Positions 38,195 to 49,971 are shown, counted from the first letter of the stretch. The stretch: DNA of 64,000 bases from Isurus oxyrinchus (GCA_026770705.1 JANJGN010000021.1:93868001-93932000); one strand, 5' to 3'. Notes: generated from the letters alone by a model not told the origin. Numbers and translations: made by a program.

Positions 38195-39950
38195 AACGAG
38201 GAAGGAGGCATTGCTGGACCTGACATTCCTGGGGAATGAGTTGGGACAAGTGGACCAAGTGCCTGCGGCGGGGAGGGAGCACCTGGGCAAGAGTAACCAT
38301 CACGTCATAAGATTTAGATTACTAATGGAGAAGAATAAGGAATGGTCCAACAAGCGGAATTGTAAATTGGAAGACGGCTACTTTCAATGGGATGTGAGGG
38401 GAATCGAGCCAGGGTGAAATGGAATTGGAGGAAAAATAGTAAGGAAACAATGGGTGATCTTTAAGGAGATGTTTCAGGTACAGTGCTGGTACATTCCAAC
38501 AAGCAGGGAATGTAGTAGAACCAAAACCAGGGCTGCTTGGATGATGAAGTAGATGGAGAATATGATGAAAGGACAAAAAAAAAATGGAGTATGACGCAAA
38601 TCAGGTGAAGACTTCAAGCAAGTCCGGCCAAATGTAATAATTTGGCAAGGGAAGTAAAGAGGGCAATAAGAGTGGAAAAGATAGAATATGAGAAAAAAAG
38701 AATAGCAGTTAACATAAAAGGGAACCCAAAAATTTCTTACCAGGTAGTAAACGTTTAGGTGGGGCTGATTAGGGACAAAGAGGGTGATATATGCTTAGAA
38801 GCTCAGGGCAAGGTTAGAATACATAAAGAGTACTTTTTGTCAGTGTTTACTAAGGAAGACGATTCCGACAAAATATCTGTAGAAGCAGGAACGTTAGAAG
38901 TAGTAGCTTAGGTGAAATTGAATGTAAAAAGTAGTAGAAAGGCAAGGCTATGTTTGGAGTGGATAAGTCACCTGCAGCTCCCAGGTTGTTAAAGGAAGTG
39001 GGATGGGGGGGTTTGGAGTTAACAGAAGGGGATCTTCCAAACTTCCTGTGATGACTGTCACTTTAAGATCAGTTCAACTGAGCAGGGCTCACGTGATTTG
39101 TTCAGCTAATGTGTGGCTAGGGCGGGGGGATAAATCCTAGGGAGGGTACCCGAGGGGAAGAAATAGCTGTATGAGAGTCTAGCTGAATGCAAGCAGCCAC
39201 AGATGCTCTTGTGTAAATAAGGTTTGTTAATTGAGAAGCCTCCCAGAGCGTGTTTCTATGCTTCCCTGGATACGGGAGAGGCCCCAGAAGATTAGAGAGC
39301 GGCAAATGTGACAGCCCTTTTCAAGGAAGGGTGGAAGGACATTCCTAGCAATTACAGACTGGCTAGTTTAACGTCAGTGGTGGGGAAGGCTTTCATAACA
39401 ATAACCAGGACAAATAGTTAACAGACACTTAAAGAGATTTGAGTTAATTAAGGAGAGCCAGCACAGAATCCTCAATGGTAGATTCTGCTTGAATCGTCTA
39501 ATTCAATTTTTGATGAAGTAACAAAGGTTGATATCGAGAAGGCAATGGATATTGCCTATATCAATTTTAAGAATGCACTTGACAAAGTGTCACATACAAG
39601 GCTGATTAACAAAAGTTTGGTTTATGGAATAGGAGGTGTCAGCCTGGGTGAAAAGGACAAAAAGTAGTGCGATGTGGTAAATGGCTGTCTTTCAGACCAG
39701 AGGATGGCAGACACCATCAAAATCCATCTGGTTTGAGTGACCTGGAACTCGCTGCCTACCAGGGCGGTGGAAGCAGAGACGATCATTAACTTCAAAAGGA
39801 AATTGAATGGGTACTTCAGGGATATATATTTGCATGGCCACTGGATAGTTCGGGGCAAGTGGGACTGACTGGATTGCTCTGCAGAGAGCCCACAAGGACT
39901 TATTGGGCCGAATGGCCTCCTTCTGTGCCTTAGGATGACTCTAGGTTTCT
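38195..39950 (+). mobile_element. Old CR1 LINE, heavily decayed
   Basis: LLDL..EHLGKSNH EN C-terminal motif (ORF 38211), RT remnants, and CR1 3' UTR GGGCCGAATGGCCTCCTTCTGTGC. Confidence 0.8.
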
Positions 39951-39959
39951 ATGTGATCT

Positions 39960-42290
39960 GGCGGAGTGGGGACAGCCCTGCTGGAAGCGGGTGAGGCTGG
40001 CACTCCTGCTCTGACCCCCTTCTGCAGAGCGATCTCGCAATAGCTGCCCTGTTACTGTCCAGAGGGTGATAGGGTAGCTGAGGCCATTCGCCAACTGGAG
40101 GCAGCGACTGACGTGGCATCCGTGGAATCAGCTGATGCGATAGAATGTTCTGGCACCATCTTGAAAGGGTTTTAAGTACTGGAGCCCTGCAGAGGACCTT
40201 CCCGTTTGCCAGCTGCTCACTACCTCCAAAGCTGCCTCAGGCGTGGATTTCCACCAGCTACTGACCATCTCTGTAGCCACATCAGACCCTGCAGTGCCTC
40301 CAGCCAGCAGTGTAGAAGCTGCCACAGGGAGAGCTGCCAAGGCAGCTGGAGGCACTTGCTAGCATGGCAAAAGGGAGATAGGTGGCCCCATCGTTCATTG
40401 ATGACTCACTGTACTTTCTCCTCAGGCTATTTGGGCAGAGCAGAAGGTCCACTTCCTGCTGGGAAATTGAGCAAGCCTGGTTGTGGAAGAGGTCAGAAAG
40501 CCATGCTTATTTGTTTGTGGGATGTGGGTGTCACTGGCCTGGCCAACATTTATTGCCCTTGTTCAAAGGGCATTTTTAAGAGCCAACCACATTGCTGTGG
40601 GTCCAGATGACAGATTTCCTTCCCTAAAGGGGCATTAGTGAACCAACAATTTATTGGTCACCATTAGACTTTTAATTCCAGATTTTTATTTAATTCAAAT
40701 TCCACCTGTTGCTGTGGTGGGATTCGAACCCAGGTCCCCAGAACACTAACCTGGGTCTGTGGATTACCAGTCCAGTGACAATACCACTAGGCCAATACCT
40801 CCCCTGGAGAACAGGGGCTGCCCTGGTGCCAGTGTGCCAATGGCCTTCTCCACTCTACCAGGGTGAGTACCACACACCTCGGTTCCCTTCAGATCTGTAA
40901 TTGGACAAGCGTGAGGGTGTGGGGTGTTAGGGAGGGAGAGCCTGCCATGTGGCTGGTGGTGGGATGAGGGGGTAGCATCTCCTTCAAAAGAATTGGCTGC
41001 AGATTGGTCAAGTCTGCCTCCCCCTCTGCTGGCAGCAAAGGGACAGCATAGGTACAAAAATTAAGAGAACACTTTAGTTGCACTTGGGCTTCACAGTTGA
41101 ATAGATAGTTAAGGTGGTGCCATTTGTGTCTAATTGTTTATTGTAATGAAGTTGTTATTTTGTTTTTTTCGAAATTTCCATCGCTCGCCTCAAGGGCAGT
41201 TTGGGAGGGAACTTGGCATGCATGGTCAATTTTCTGACTGTGCAGATAGACCAAGTGGCATTAGGCACAATGCCCTGGATTTGCAACCAAGTTGAGTGGT
41301 AACAGTGGAGGGTGAAGGTGGACCTTTATTTACCAGAAGGAGGTTGAGGGAAGGATCCTGTGAAGGGTGTATGTCTAAGCACCTCCCAAGCCTCCCTTGC
41401 ACTCATGTCACTGTGCCTCCAGGGGTCACCTCATGTCTTTCCAGATGCTGCGCCTAGTTGCGCAGAGCACAGCAGGCCATCACATTGCAGAAGACCTTCA
41501 TTGGGGCATACCGAAGTGCATCACCAGAATGATCTAGGCACTCTAAGCAGCTTCAGTTGAACTATGGCCTGCTAAATGATGGCTTGGGTCACAGTGTGTA
41601 AGGTCTTGCACTTCTCTGTTCCCGCCTAGAATTCCTCAACAGAGTCGGTAGCTAACTCTTTAATGGGCAGCTGTTTTCAGCAGGAATCCGCCCTTGTAGG
41701 CACGTGGTGGGGAGCGTAAAGCCCGGCATCTTGGAGCGTCTGAATATAAAGGTATCATAGATTCTCCCAGGGCACCATGCACACATCTGCAGGATCCACT
41801 GGCGTTGCCCGCACACCGGTGGTACATTGAGGGAATTAAATCCCTTTCTGTTAACGAAGACCACCGACTGGCCTTTAGGGGCCTTGAAGGCCACAAGCAG
41901 GCAGTTGATCACACCCTCCACCCGGAGGAATCGAACAATGGCCACTAAGCCTCTGTCTGTCTCTCTCTCTCTCTCTCTTTCTCTCAGCCTGACTGAATGG
42001 AACATTGTGTTAATGGATATATTGGATATAATGGTTGGCCCTGCTAAAGGGGGCATTGGCTACCCTCTTGACGTAGATGATTGGGGATGTCACACACGTT
42101 CCCAGTGGACATCCAGGAATTTTCTGGAGGCATAGAAATTTAGGCCTTGGTCAGTTCACTGTCAGTGGCTTTGTGGCTCGGAGGGTCAGGTCCCTGCCGT
42201 TGAACCAGATAATCTGCGTCCAAATGCTAATTCAGGACTTATTGACAATGGAAGGAGCATTCATGACGTAGCAAAAAAAAAATCCTACCC
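39960..42290. mobile_element. PIF/Harbinger DNA transposon remnant (minus-strand DDE transposase; probable plus-strand Myb/SANT ORF start)
   Basis: ORF 41652-42056 (VEGVINCLLVAFKAP..FVNRKGFNSLNV..CAWCPGRIYDTFIFRRS) matches the HARBI1/DDE_Tnp_4 pattern. APSFIDDSLYFLL (40382) resembles a Myb/SANT N-terminus. TIR-like AAAATCCTACCC at ~42279-90. Confidence 0.8.
40507..40804 (-). mobile_element. tRNA-derived SINE nested in the Harbinger remnant
   Basis: A-box TGGCCTAGTGG and perfect B-box GGTTCGAATCC on minus; same body and tail as the 24047 copy. Confidence 0.85.
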
Positions 42291-42310
42291 AAGTGTACAC
42301 CTATCGCAGG

Positions 42311-42968
42311 TTGTAAGAACAGGAGAGATTCCTAATCAACCGTGTTTCGTACACAGTAGAGCTTCTCAGGCTAAATCTATTTGACTCTACCGCCCCTTTC
42401 TATAGCTCAAAGAGGACTTCACCATCACTGGTATTTAATTAGCCGAACCAGGCTCTCAATTACCAGTTTTGGAAAAGCACGGCCAGTCGCCACTGGTAAG
42501 GTACCGCATGATATTACAGAGCAGAGTACTTCCTTCTCAGCCCCATTCACAGACCCCTTTCCCAACTCACCGAACACCCCTAAGACCCTGCCCAGTACTA
42601 AACCCCAATCCCAGAAATAAAACCAAACCCCAGAAATAAACCCAGTAATGTACTGCACGTCCGGAAAGGAAAAGAAAAACTACGTCCAAAAATATACCTC
42701 GCACCCAGCGACAAATGCACATCTAGTAATAAAAATCCACAGCCAGTGAAAATCCACACGTCCTGTGATAATCCTTCCAAAGCCAGAGGTGTTCATTCAC
42801 CTATTAAAATGTTACCTCTTCAATAAAGCCAACTGCATTCAAGAGACAAGGCTTATCTTAACACGTCCAGTAACTTCCCCACTGCAGCAGTTAAACCAAT
42901 AGGCCCTTAATTCCCAGTTTGTTCCTCCCAATCATCTTAAATAGTGGAATGCCACTGGCAATTTTACA
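42311..42968 (+). mobile_element. Possible solo LTR
   Basis: TGTAAG..TTTACA termini with internal TATTAAAA and AATAAA. No TSD seen. Confidence 0.3.
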
Positions 42969-43009
42969 ACGAGAGCAGACAATTCCGGAACAGAGTGTGT
43001 TGTGAGGCT

Positions 43010-43645
43010 CAGATAGTCAGTTTGGAGATGAAGTGTCAGTTTTGGGGGGGGAGGGGCTGGAGGTCAGTTTAAGCGTAAGGTGTAACGGCTTGATGTACCA
43101 GACAGGTTTCAACAAGAAACTTCACGACAGAGAACTTTTCAGATGCTATATGCTTGAACCAGGCCCTTGACCAGAAGTCCTGTCCCTCAGCTTATCTGCG
43201 CCTAAGGCTCATTGGTCGGAGCCTCCAAGAACAATTACGTGACCCCTGACAGGTGGAAGAAGAGGCTATACCTTCAGTTACTACAAGGGGGTCAATTGAA
43301 AAGAGAGGCATGAGTTTGTGGGGTGAGGGGCCAGTTTGGAGTTGGGAGCCAGTGTGAGGCAAGGGGTCGGTTTGGGTAGTGGGTCAGTTTAAGAGCTGAA
43401 GGGCCAGTTAGGGAGTGAAGGTTAATTTTGGGGGTGAGTGGTCAGTTTGGGAGTGAGGGGTGAGTTTGAACTTAGGGGCCAATGTGAGGTCAGGGGTTGA
43501 TTTAGATAAGGGGTCAGTTTAAGGGATGAGGGGCCAGTGAAGGACTGAGGGGCTCAGTCAGGAGTGAAGGGTAAGTTTGGGGGTCAGAGGTCAGTTTGGA
43601 ATTGAGGGGTCAGTTTGGGAGTGGAGGGGTTAGTTTGGAAGGTGA
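43010..43645. repeat. Degenerate ~20-bp G-rich tandem repeat (GAGGGGTCAGTTTGGGAGT), interrupted by a 205-bp TG..CA insertion (43081-43285)
   Basis: Recurring GGTCAGTTT motif on both sides of TGTAACGG..TTACTACA. Confidence 0.7.
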
Positions 43646-43664
43646 GAGCTAACCCGTCACAGCA

Positions 43665-44745
43665 GGCTGAATGGCCTCTGTCTGCGCTGTAATCATTCTA
43701 GAATTCTATTGAGAGATTAAGTGATCTGGAAAAAATACAGTAGATGGAGCTAAATGTGGGGAATTGTGAGGTTATCCACTTTTGATATAAGAAAGAAAAA
43801 TCAGAATATTTCCTATCTGGTGGGAAAGAAGGACCTGTGGAGAATGAGGAACCATCAGGGATCAGTGGGCAGGTACAATAAGGTAAAAGCAAAATACTGC
43901 GAACGCTGGAAATCTGAAACAAAAACTGAAAATGCTGGAAAAACTCAGCAGGTCTAACAGCATCGGTGGAGAGAAAGACAGAGTTAACGTTTCGAGTCCG
44001 TATGATTCTTCCCCTTTAGCTCTGAAGAACTGTCACATGGACTCAAAACGTTTACTCTGTATTTCTTTCCGCAGATGCTGTTAGACCTGCTGAGATTTTC
44101 CAGCATTTTCTGTTCTTATTTCAGGTGCAATAAGAGTTTGGAAAGGCTGATGGAATGTCAGGCTTTGTCTCGAGGACTGCAATACAAAGGGGTGGAAGTT
44201 ATGTTCCAGTTTACAGAAAGCTCTGGTTAAACCCCAGATGGAGTAATTGTGTTCATTTCAGGGCACTGCACCTCAGGAAGGATAGATTGGCCTTGGAGGG
44301 GGTGGAGGCAGAGTCACCAGAATGATACCAGGGTTAAAAGGGTTAATTATGACTACAGTTTGCACAGACTTAACTCATGCTCCCCTGAGTATAGAAGATT
44401 GAAGGGTGATCTGATTGAGGTTTCAGAGATGTTATGAGGATTTGATAGAAACAATGCAGAGAAACTATTTCCCCTATCAAAGAGTGAGAGGACACAATTA
44501 GAACTAGGCCGTTCAGAGAGTCAGGAAGCACTTCTTCACATAAAGGGTAATGGAAATCTCAAAAAGCTGTAAACGCTGGGGGTCAATTGAAGCTTTCAAA
44601 CAGAGATGCATTTTTGTTGGGAAAGGATTTTGAGGGATATGGAGTAAAGGTGGGAAAATGGAGTTGAGATACAAACCAGCCACGATCTAACAGAATGGCA
44701 GAGAAGGCTTCAAGGGCAAAATACCCCCTTCCTCCTGTTCCTATA
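43665..44745 (+). mobile_element. CR1 LINE fragment in intron 1, paralogous to 34080-34260 + 35950-36163 + 37049-37420
   Basis: ORF 44249 (RRLKGDLIEV); shares its junction sequence with the ~34090 site. Confidence 0.75.
43885..44124. mobile_element. Palindromic Penelope-end-derived insertion (inverted arms ~110 bp)
   Basis: GAAAATGCTGGAAAAACTCAGCAGGTCTAACAGCATC..GATGCTGTTAGACCTGCTGAGATTTTCCAGCATTTTC. Confidence 0.8.
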
Positions 44746-44928
44746 ACCCCCTTCTCTGTCCCTCTCTCCACTCTCCAGCATTGGCCTCAGCGCCTGCATG
44801 GTTTCTCTCCCTCTTCAGCCCCGGGAGCCAGCCTGACACTGCCCCTTATCAGGCCCCAGTACCCCTGGCTGAGGGTAAATGCCCCAATATCCTACCTGGC
44901 ACTGCCCCTCTCATACCCCATTGCTCAC

Positions 44929-44977
44929 CTGCAGAGACCTCTCCAAACAGAAGGACCAGCTCTACCAGTCCAATCAT
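44929..44977 (-). CDS. MHC class I leader exon, distal copy: MIGLVELVLLFGEVSA(G)
   Basis: ATG ATT GGA CTG GTA GAG..TCT GCA G|gtgagc; 49 bp; paralog of 37797-37845. Confidence 0.9.
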
Positions 44978-45258
44978 TAATCCTTCCCTTGACATTCTGG
45001 GAGGAGCGTTTTGAGCGGAATCCTTTCTCCACAGAGTGTCCCTGCTCAGTCCATGAGCTGTGTTCTGTCCTTTAATGATATTTAACCCTGTTCCTGTTTA
45101 CTCAGATAGCTTAATTGTGATTGGAGAAGAACATACTGCCAAACCAATCATGAAAAAAAAACAGTCTATGAAGCTATAATCATGAAGCTCTGGCAGTTTA
45201 TCCCCAGAGAGAGTTTGAGTCAGGATCTGGGAGAAGCTTCCCAAATGATGTGACCCAT

Positions 45259-45324
45259 CCAATCAGAGAAATCCTGCCATTTGCATCATCAGTTGCCATG
45301 GGAATGAACTGAGCTGAAAGGAGT
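45259..45324 (-). promoter_or_regulatory. MHC S-X-Y promoter module (RFX X box, NF-Y Y box) with an embedded octamer
   Basis: Minus strand: ACTCCTTT (S-like, 45324-17), CCCATGGCAACTGATG (X, 45302-287), 20-bp spacer beginning ATGCAAAT, then CTGATTGG (Y, 45266-59). About 280 bp upstream of the leader ATG, same orientation. Confidence 0.88.
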
Positions 45325-45699
45325 TTGGCACAGAAAATGACGGAGGGAAAAGCATTAGGAACAGCCCTTTGAAGCTGCTGCACCACTCAAATGGATCATT
45401 GCTAATCCGCATCTGAATTCCAGTCTCTGACTTTGCCCCATATTTTTAGATACCGTCATACAGTAAAAAAAATTATCAATCTTAGAATTAAAATCTCCAA
45501 TTGTCCGAATATGCACAACTTTTTCGGGGATGGAGCTCCAAATGTTTATTACCCTTGGTGTGAAAATATGCTTCTGACTTCGCCCCTAAACATTCTGACT
45601 CGAATTTTAGGATTATATCCCTCGTTCAGTTCAGCTTCTGGTCAACGATTACCTCCCTGTGGCCTTGCCCCAACCACAACCGCCACCACATTGCACTCC

Positions 45700-47020
45700 A
45701 CCCCAGGATTTTGATGGTGGGGCAAGAGCGATGGTAATGCCACTGAATGTCAAGGACGTCCTATGTTGTTAAAAAGCATCATTTCCAGGCACATGTGTGG
45801 CACACATATTACCATGTCACCTGCCACTTATCAGCCCAAGCCTGGAGGATTTCCAGGTCTTGCTGCATATAGGTACAAACATGTGGACAGTGTCTGAGGA
45901 GTAGCGAGTGGTATTGAACATTGTGCAAACAACAGGCCATTGATGAAGCAGCTGAAGATGACCGAGTACTTACCCGAGAAATTCCAGCTGTGATGTCCTG
46001 AGACTAAGGTGATTGGTCTCCAGCAACCACAGCCATCTTCCTTTGGGCGAGGTATGACTTCTGCCAGCGGAGAGTTTCCCCCCTGATTCCCATTGAATCC
46101 AGTTTTGCTAGGGCTCCTTGGCACAACGCTCTGTCAAGTGCTACCTCGGTGTCAACAGCCGTCACCCTCACCTCATCTCTAGAGTTCAGCTCGATTGTCT
46201 ATGTTTGGACCAAGGCTGTGATGAGGTCAGGAGCTGAGTGGCATTGCCCGAACCACAGCTGAGCAGTTCATTGCTGAGGAAGTGCTGCTTGATGGCAGTT
46301 GCAATAAAACCTGCCATCATTTTGCTAATAATTGAGATTAGACCGACGATGCAAAAATTGGCTGGATTGGACTTGCCCTGTTTTTTTGAAGACAGGACAG
46401 GTCTGGGTAATTTTACACATTTTCGAGTAGGTGCCAGTGTTGTGGCTGTGCTAGAATAGCTTGACTAGGGGCAGAGCTAGTTCTGGAGCATAAGTCTTCA
46501 GTACTACCGCCGATGTTGTCCAGCCTTATAGCCTTTCCGTATCAAATGCCTTCAGCCTTATCTTGCTCTCAGATGAAGTGAATCTTATTGGCTGAAGACC
46601 AATATCTGTGATAAAAACAGAAAGTGCTGGGAAAAAATTAATTGGACTCGAAGCGTTAACTCTGTTCCTTGCTTCACAGATGCTACCAGACCTGATGAGA
46701 TTTTCCAGCACTTTCTGTTTTTATTTCAGATCTCCAGTATTTTGATTTCCACTTACCAGTATTGGTGATGCTGGGAACCTCAGGAGGAGCCGAGATGGAT
46801 CAACAACATGGCACATTCTGGCTTGGAGGTGGTTGCAAATGCTTTAGCCTTGGCTTTTGCTGTGACGTGCTTGGATTCCCAATCATTGAGGGTGGAGACA
46901 TTTTGTGGAGCCTGTTCCTCTGGTTAGTTGTTTAGTTGTCCAACCCCATTCACGACTGGAAGCGGCAGGATCGTTAATCTGATCCATTGCTTGTGGGGTT
47001 GCTCAGCTCCATCCTACTTG
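45700..47020 (-). mobile_element. Older decayed family-A LINE fragment, with a Penelope-end palindrome inserted at ~46610-46745
   Basis: Collinear with ~30500-31500. Confidence 0.75.
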
Positions 47021-47364
47021 CTTAACAATGGGAGGTCGATGGCGAGGCAGGTTTCTCCTCTGTTGGCCTGCTGATATATTCCTGGGCTGCAGTTGGAATT
47101 GATTGGTTTCAGTCCATTCATTCGTAATTCCCGCTGGAACGTTCTCCACCACCAGCTCTTGGCCTGAAATGAAAACACTCAGACGATCCGGTTCCTGACT
47201 CCAGTTCCATTCCCCTTAGTGCATACATTCGGACCTTGATGTGAATTTTGGGAATTTTCTACATGCAAAATGTATCCATATTGGAGCTTGATGAGTCCCC
47301 ATTATGCTGCCTTTTTGAGGAGTATGTGGAACAAACTTTGTTCCAATTCTACTCAGATCCCCTA

Positions 47365-48270
47365 GCATAAGTACATAAGAAACAAGAGCAGGAGTGGGCC
47401 ATCCTCGGTCCCTCAAGCCTGCTTCGTCATTCAGTATAATCATGGTTGATTGGATTGTGGCCTTAACTCTACATTCCTGCCTGCCACCCATAACTCTTGG
47501 CTCTCTTCTACCAAAAATATGTCTAACTCAATCTTGAATATGGTGAATGATCCAGCCTTGAAAACTGTCTCGGGGAAGTGAATTCCTAAGACTAACAACC
47601 CTGTGAGAGAAGAAAGCCCTTTTCATCTCCCTCTTCAATGGGAGGCACCTTATTTAGAAACACTGCCCCCTGGTTCTAGACTGCCCCAAAAGGGGAAACA
47701 TCCTCCCAGCACCTATCCTTTCAAGGTCCTTCAGAATCGTGCGTTTCAATAAGATCAACTCTTATTATTCTAAACCCTAATGTGTATAGATCAACCCTGC
47801 TTAACCTTTCTTCATACGGCAACCCTTTCTTCCCAGCAATCAACCTGGTGAATCTTCTCTCAACTGCGTTCAATGCAGACATATTCCTTAAATTAGAGAG
47901 AAGAGCTGTTGGCAGTACTCTAGGTTTGGTCTCACCAATGCGCTGCACCATTGTAACAAGAAGGCCCTTCTTATATTTTATATATATTGAAATGGAGGCC
48001 AACATGCCATTTGCCTTCTTAATTGCCTGCTCTACCTGCATACCCTGCATACTGAGCTTTGTGAGTCACGTACAAGGTGAGCTTTTTTGTACCACAACAT
48101 TCTGCAGTCTCTCCCCAATTAGATTATATTCTGTCTTTCTATTCTTCCCACCAATGTGGTTAACCTCACTTTTTCCCACATCAAACTCCATCTGCCAAAT
48201 TTTTTTCCCAACTCACTTAAGTGAGTTATCCCATTGCAGACTCCCAAGTGCTTCCAAAGTGTCTGTTCCC
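47365..48270 (-). mobile_element. CR1 LINE 3' portion
   Basis: ORF 47721-48050 (IKKANGML..ERRFTRLI..YEERL) plus 3' UTR. Confidence 0.8.
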
Positions 48271-49331
48271 CTCTGAGCTCACTGGGTGGGATTTTCAGCC
48301 CCTCCCCCCCCCCCTCCCCCCACCCCTACCAGAACCGTCCGGGCTTTTGGCCAAGCTGCCAAATCTTCCATTCAGGTCCCGCCACAACGGTGCCGGAAAA
48401 GCCCAGCTACTGTGTTCGGCAGGGCCATCAGCAGCGCTAATGCCATTTCCTGCCTTACTGCCAGCACCTCTTGCCAGACCAAGGTCAGGTTTCCATAATC
48501 TTCACCTTGCACATTCGACAGAGCCTCTCTCTCTCTCTCTGCCAATTCCACCAACCGTGGCGCAATTCCACCTCCATAATACACCTTACCCCACCCCGCC
48601 CCCTTCCCCCCACCGCACCCCCCCCCCCTCCTCTTTGCAACACTCTGGCCCGCTCTTCAATCACCTTCAACACCCACTCCATTTCCTCCTATAAAAACAC
48701 ACGAGGTGCAACATCTGCCCTTCCACCTCCTTTCTTCCCACCATCTAGGGCCACAAATAACCAGCATGGGCGAATTTACTTGTGGTTATTCCACTTTGGT
48801 AACTGTGTTTGCCACTCATGATGTGGTCTCCTCCATATTGGAGAGATCAAATGTAGATTCGGCGATTGCTTCAATGGAAGCATCTGTTCAGGCCTTATGG
48901 ATGACCCTGAGCTTTCGGTTGCTTTGCCATTTTAATTCTCCATCCCACGTGGACGTCGACCTCGCTATCTTCATCTCCTACACTATTCCACCTTTGAGCT
49001 CAATGGGGTAATCTCCCTGTTTGTTGATCAGGCCCCTTTATTAATTGCTGGACTCATTTTACACACTTCAGATCTTCAGCACTGCCCCCATTTCCATGGA
49101 CAGTCTGTTCTGGTAATGGAGGGCAGCTGCATTAAGCAAAGGAGAGTAAAGGAGGTGCTTGGAGGTGGCGGTTCCTTCATGGTACACAGCCTGTTGGCTG
49201 GTCGACGCCCCGGGACTCGACCTACATTTCTCCATCACATTCCCTCTCCACTGGAGCCGCCTTCACTTCCCCTCTGTCATCCTGCTTTTACCACTTCCAT
49301 TTCCTCTGAACCTATCGCCAGTTGTTACATA

Positions 49332-49971
49332 GGCCAGGATTTTATAACCCCGCTCCGGCAGATGAGGCGAGCCATTTAAATCTCCATTCAGTTCGACGGG
49401 ACCGTAATATCCAATCTCCATTCAGTTCGACGGGACCGTAATATCCAATCTCCATTCAGTTCGACGAGATCGTAATATCCAATCTCCATTCAGTTCGACG
49501 GGACCGTAATATCCAATCTCCATTCAGATCAGTGGGACTGTAATATCCAATCTCCATTCAGGTCAGTGGGACTGTAATATCCAATCTCCATTCAGGTCAG
49601 TGGGACTGTAATATCCAAGCTCCATTCAGTTCAGTGGGACTGTAATATCCAATCTCCATTCAGGTCAGTGGGACTGTAATATCCAATCTCCATTCAGGTC
49701 AGTGGGACTGTAATATCCAATCTCCATTCAGGTCAGTGGGACTGTAATATCCAAGCTCCATTCAGGTCAGTGGGACTGTAATATCCAATCTCCATTCAGG
49801 TCAGTGGGACTCTAATATCCAATCTCCATTCAGGTCAGTGGGAATGTAATATCCAATCTCCATTCAATTCAGTGGGACTGTAATATTCAATCTCCATTCA
49901 GTTTAGTGGGACTGTAATATCCAATCTCTATTCAGCTCAGTGGGACTGTAATATCCTGTGAAATCCTGGCC
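49332..49971. mobile_element. Harbinger-type MITE containing an internal minisatellite
   Basis: TIRs GGCCAGGATTT / AAATCCTGGCC. Confidence 0.75.
49379..49956. repeat. 34-bp minisatellite, 17 copies (AATCTCCATTCAGGTCAGTGGGACTGTAATATCC)
   Basis: Exact 34-bp period from 49379 to 49956. Confidence 0.97.

Larger units (their letters stand above)
23149..44977 (-). pseudogene. MHC class I heavy-chain pseudogene, cartilaginous-fish type (leader, alpha-1 and alpha-2 exons; alpha-3/TM/cyt outside the window or lost)
   Basis: Exons are in the correct order and orientation with phase-1 junctions. There are four in-frame stops and a defective alpha-1 donor. Lineage cannot be assigned by eye. Confidence 0.9.

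Noticed and set aside
41652-42056. Host HARBI1 gene
   Set aside because: Fragmentary, catalytic-region residues degenerate, interrupted by a microsatellite and embedded in a transposon remnant.
49379-49956. 34-bp repeats of CRISPR-repeat-like length
   Set aside because: Head-to-tail with no unique spacers, no cas genes, and a vertebrate context. The same applies to the 25-bp array.
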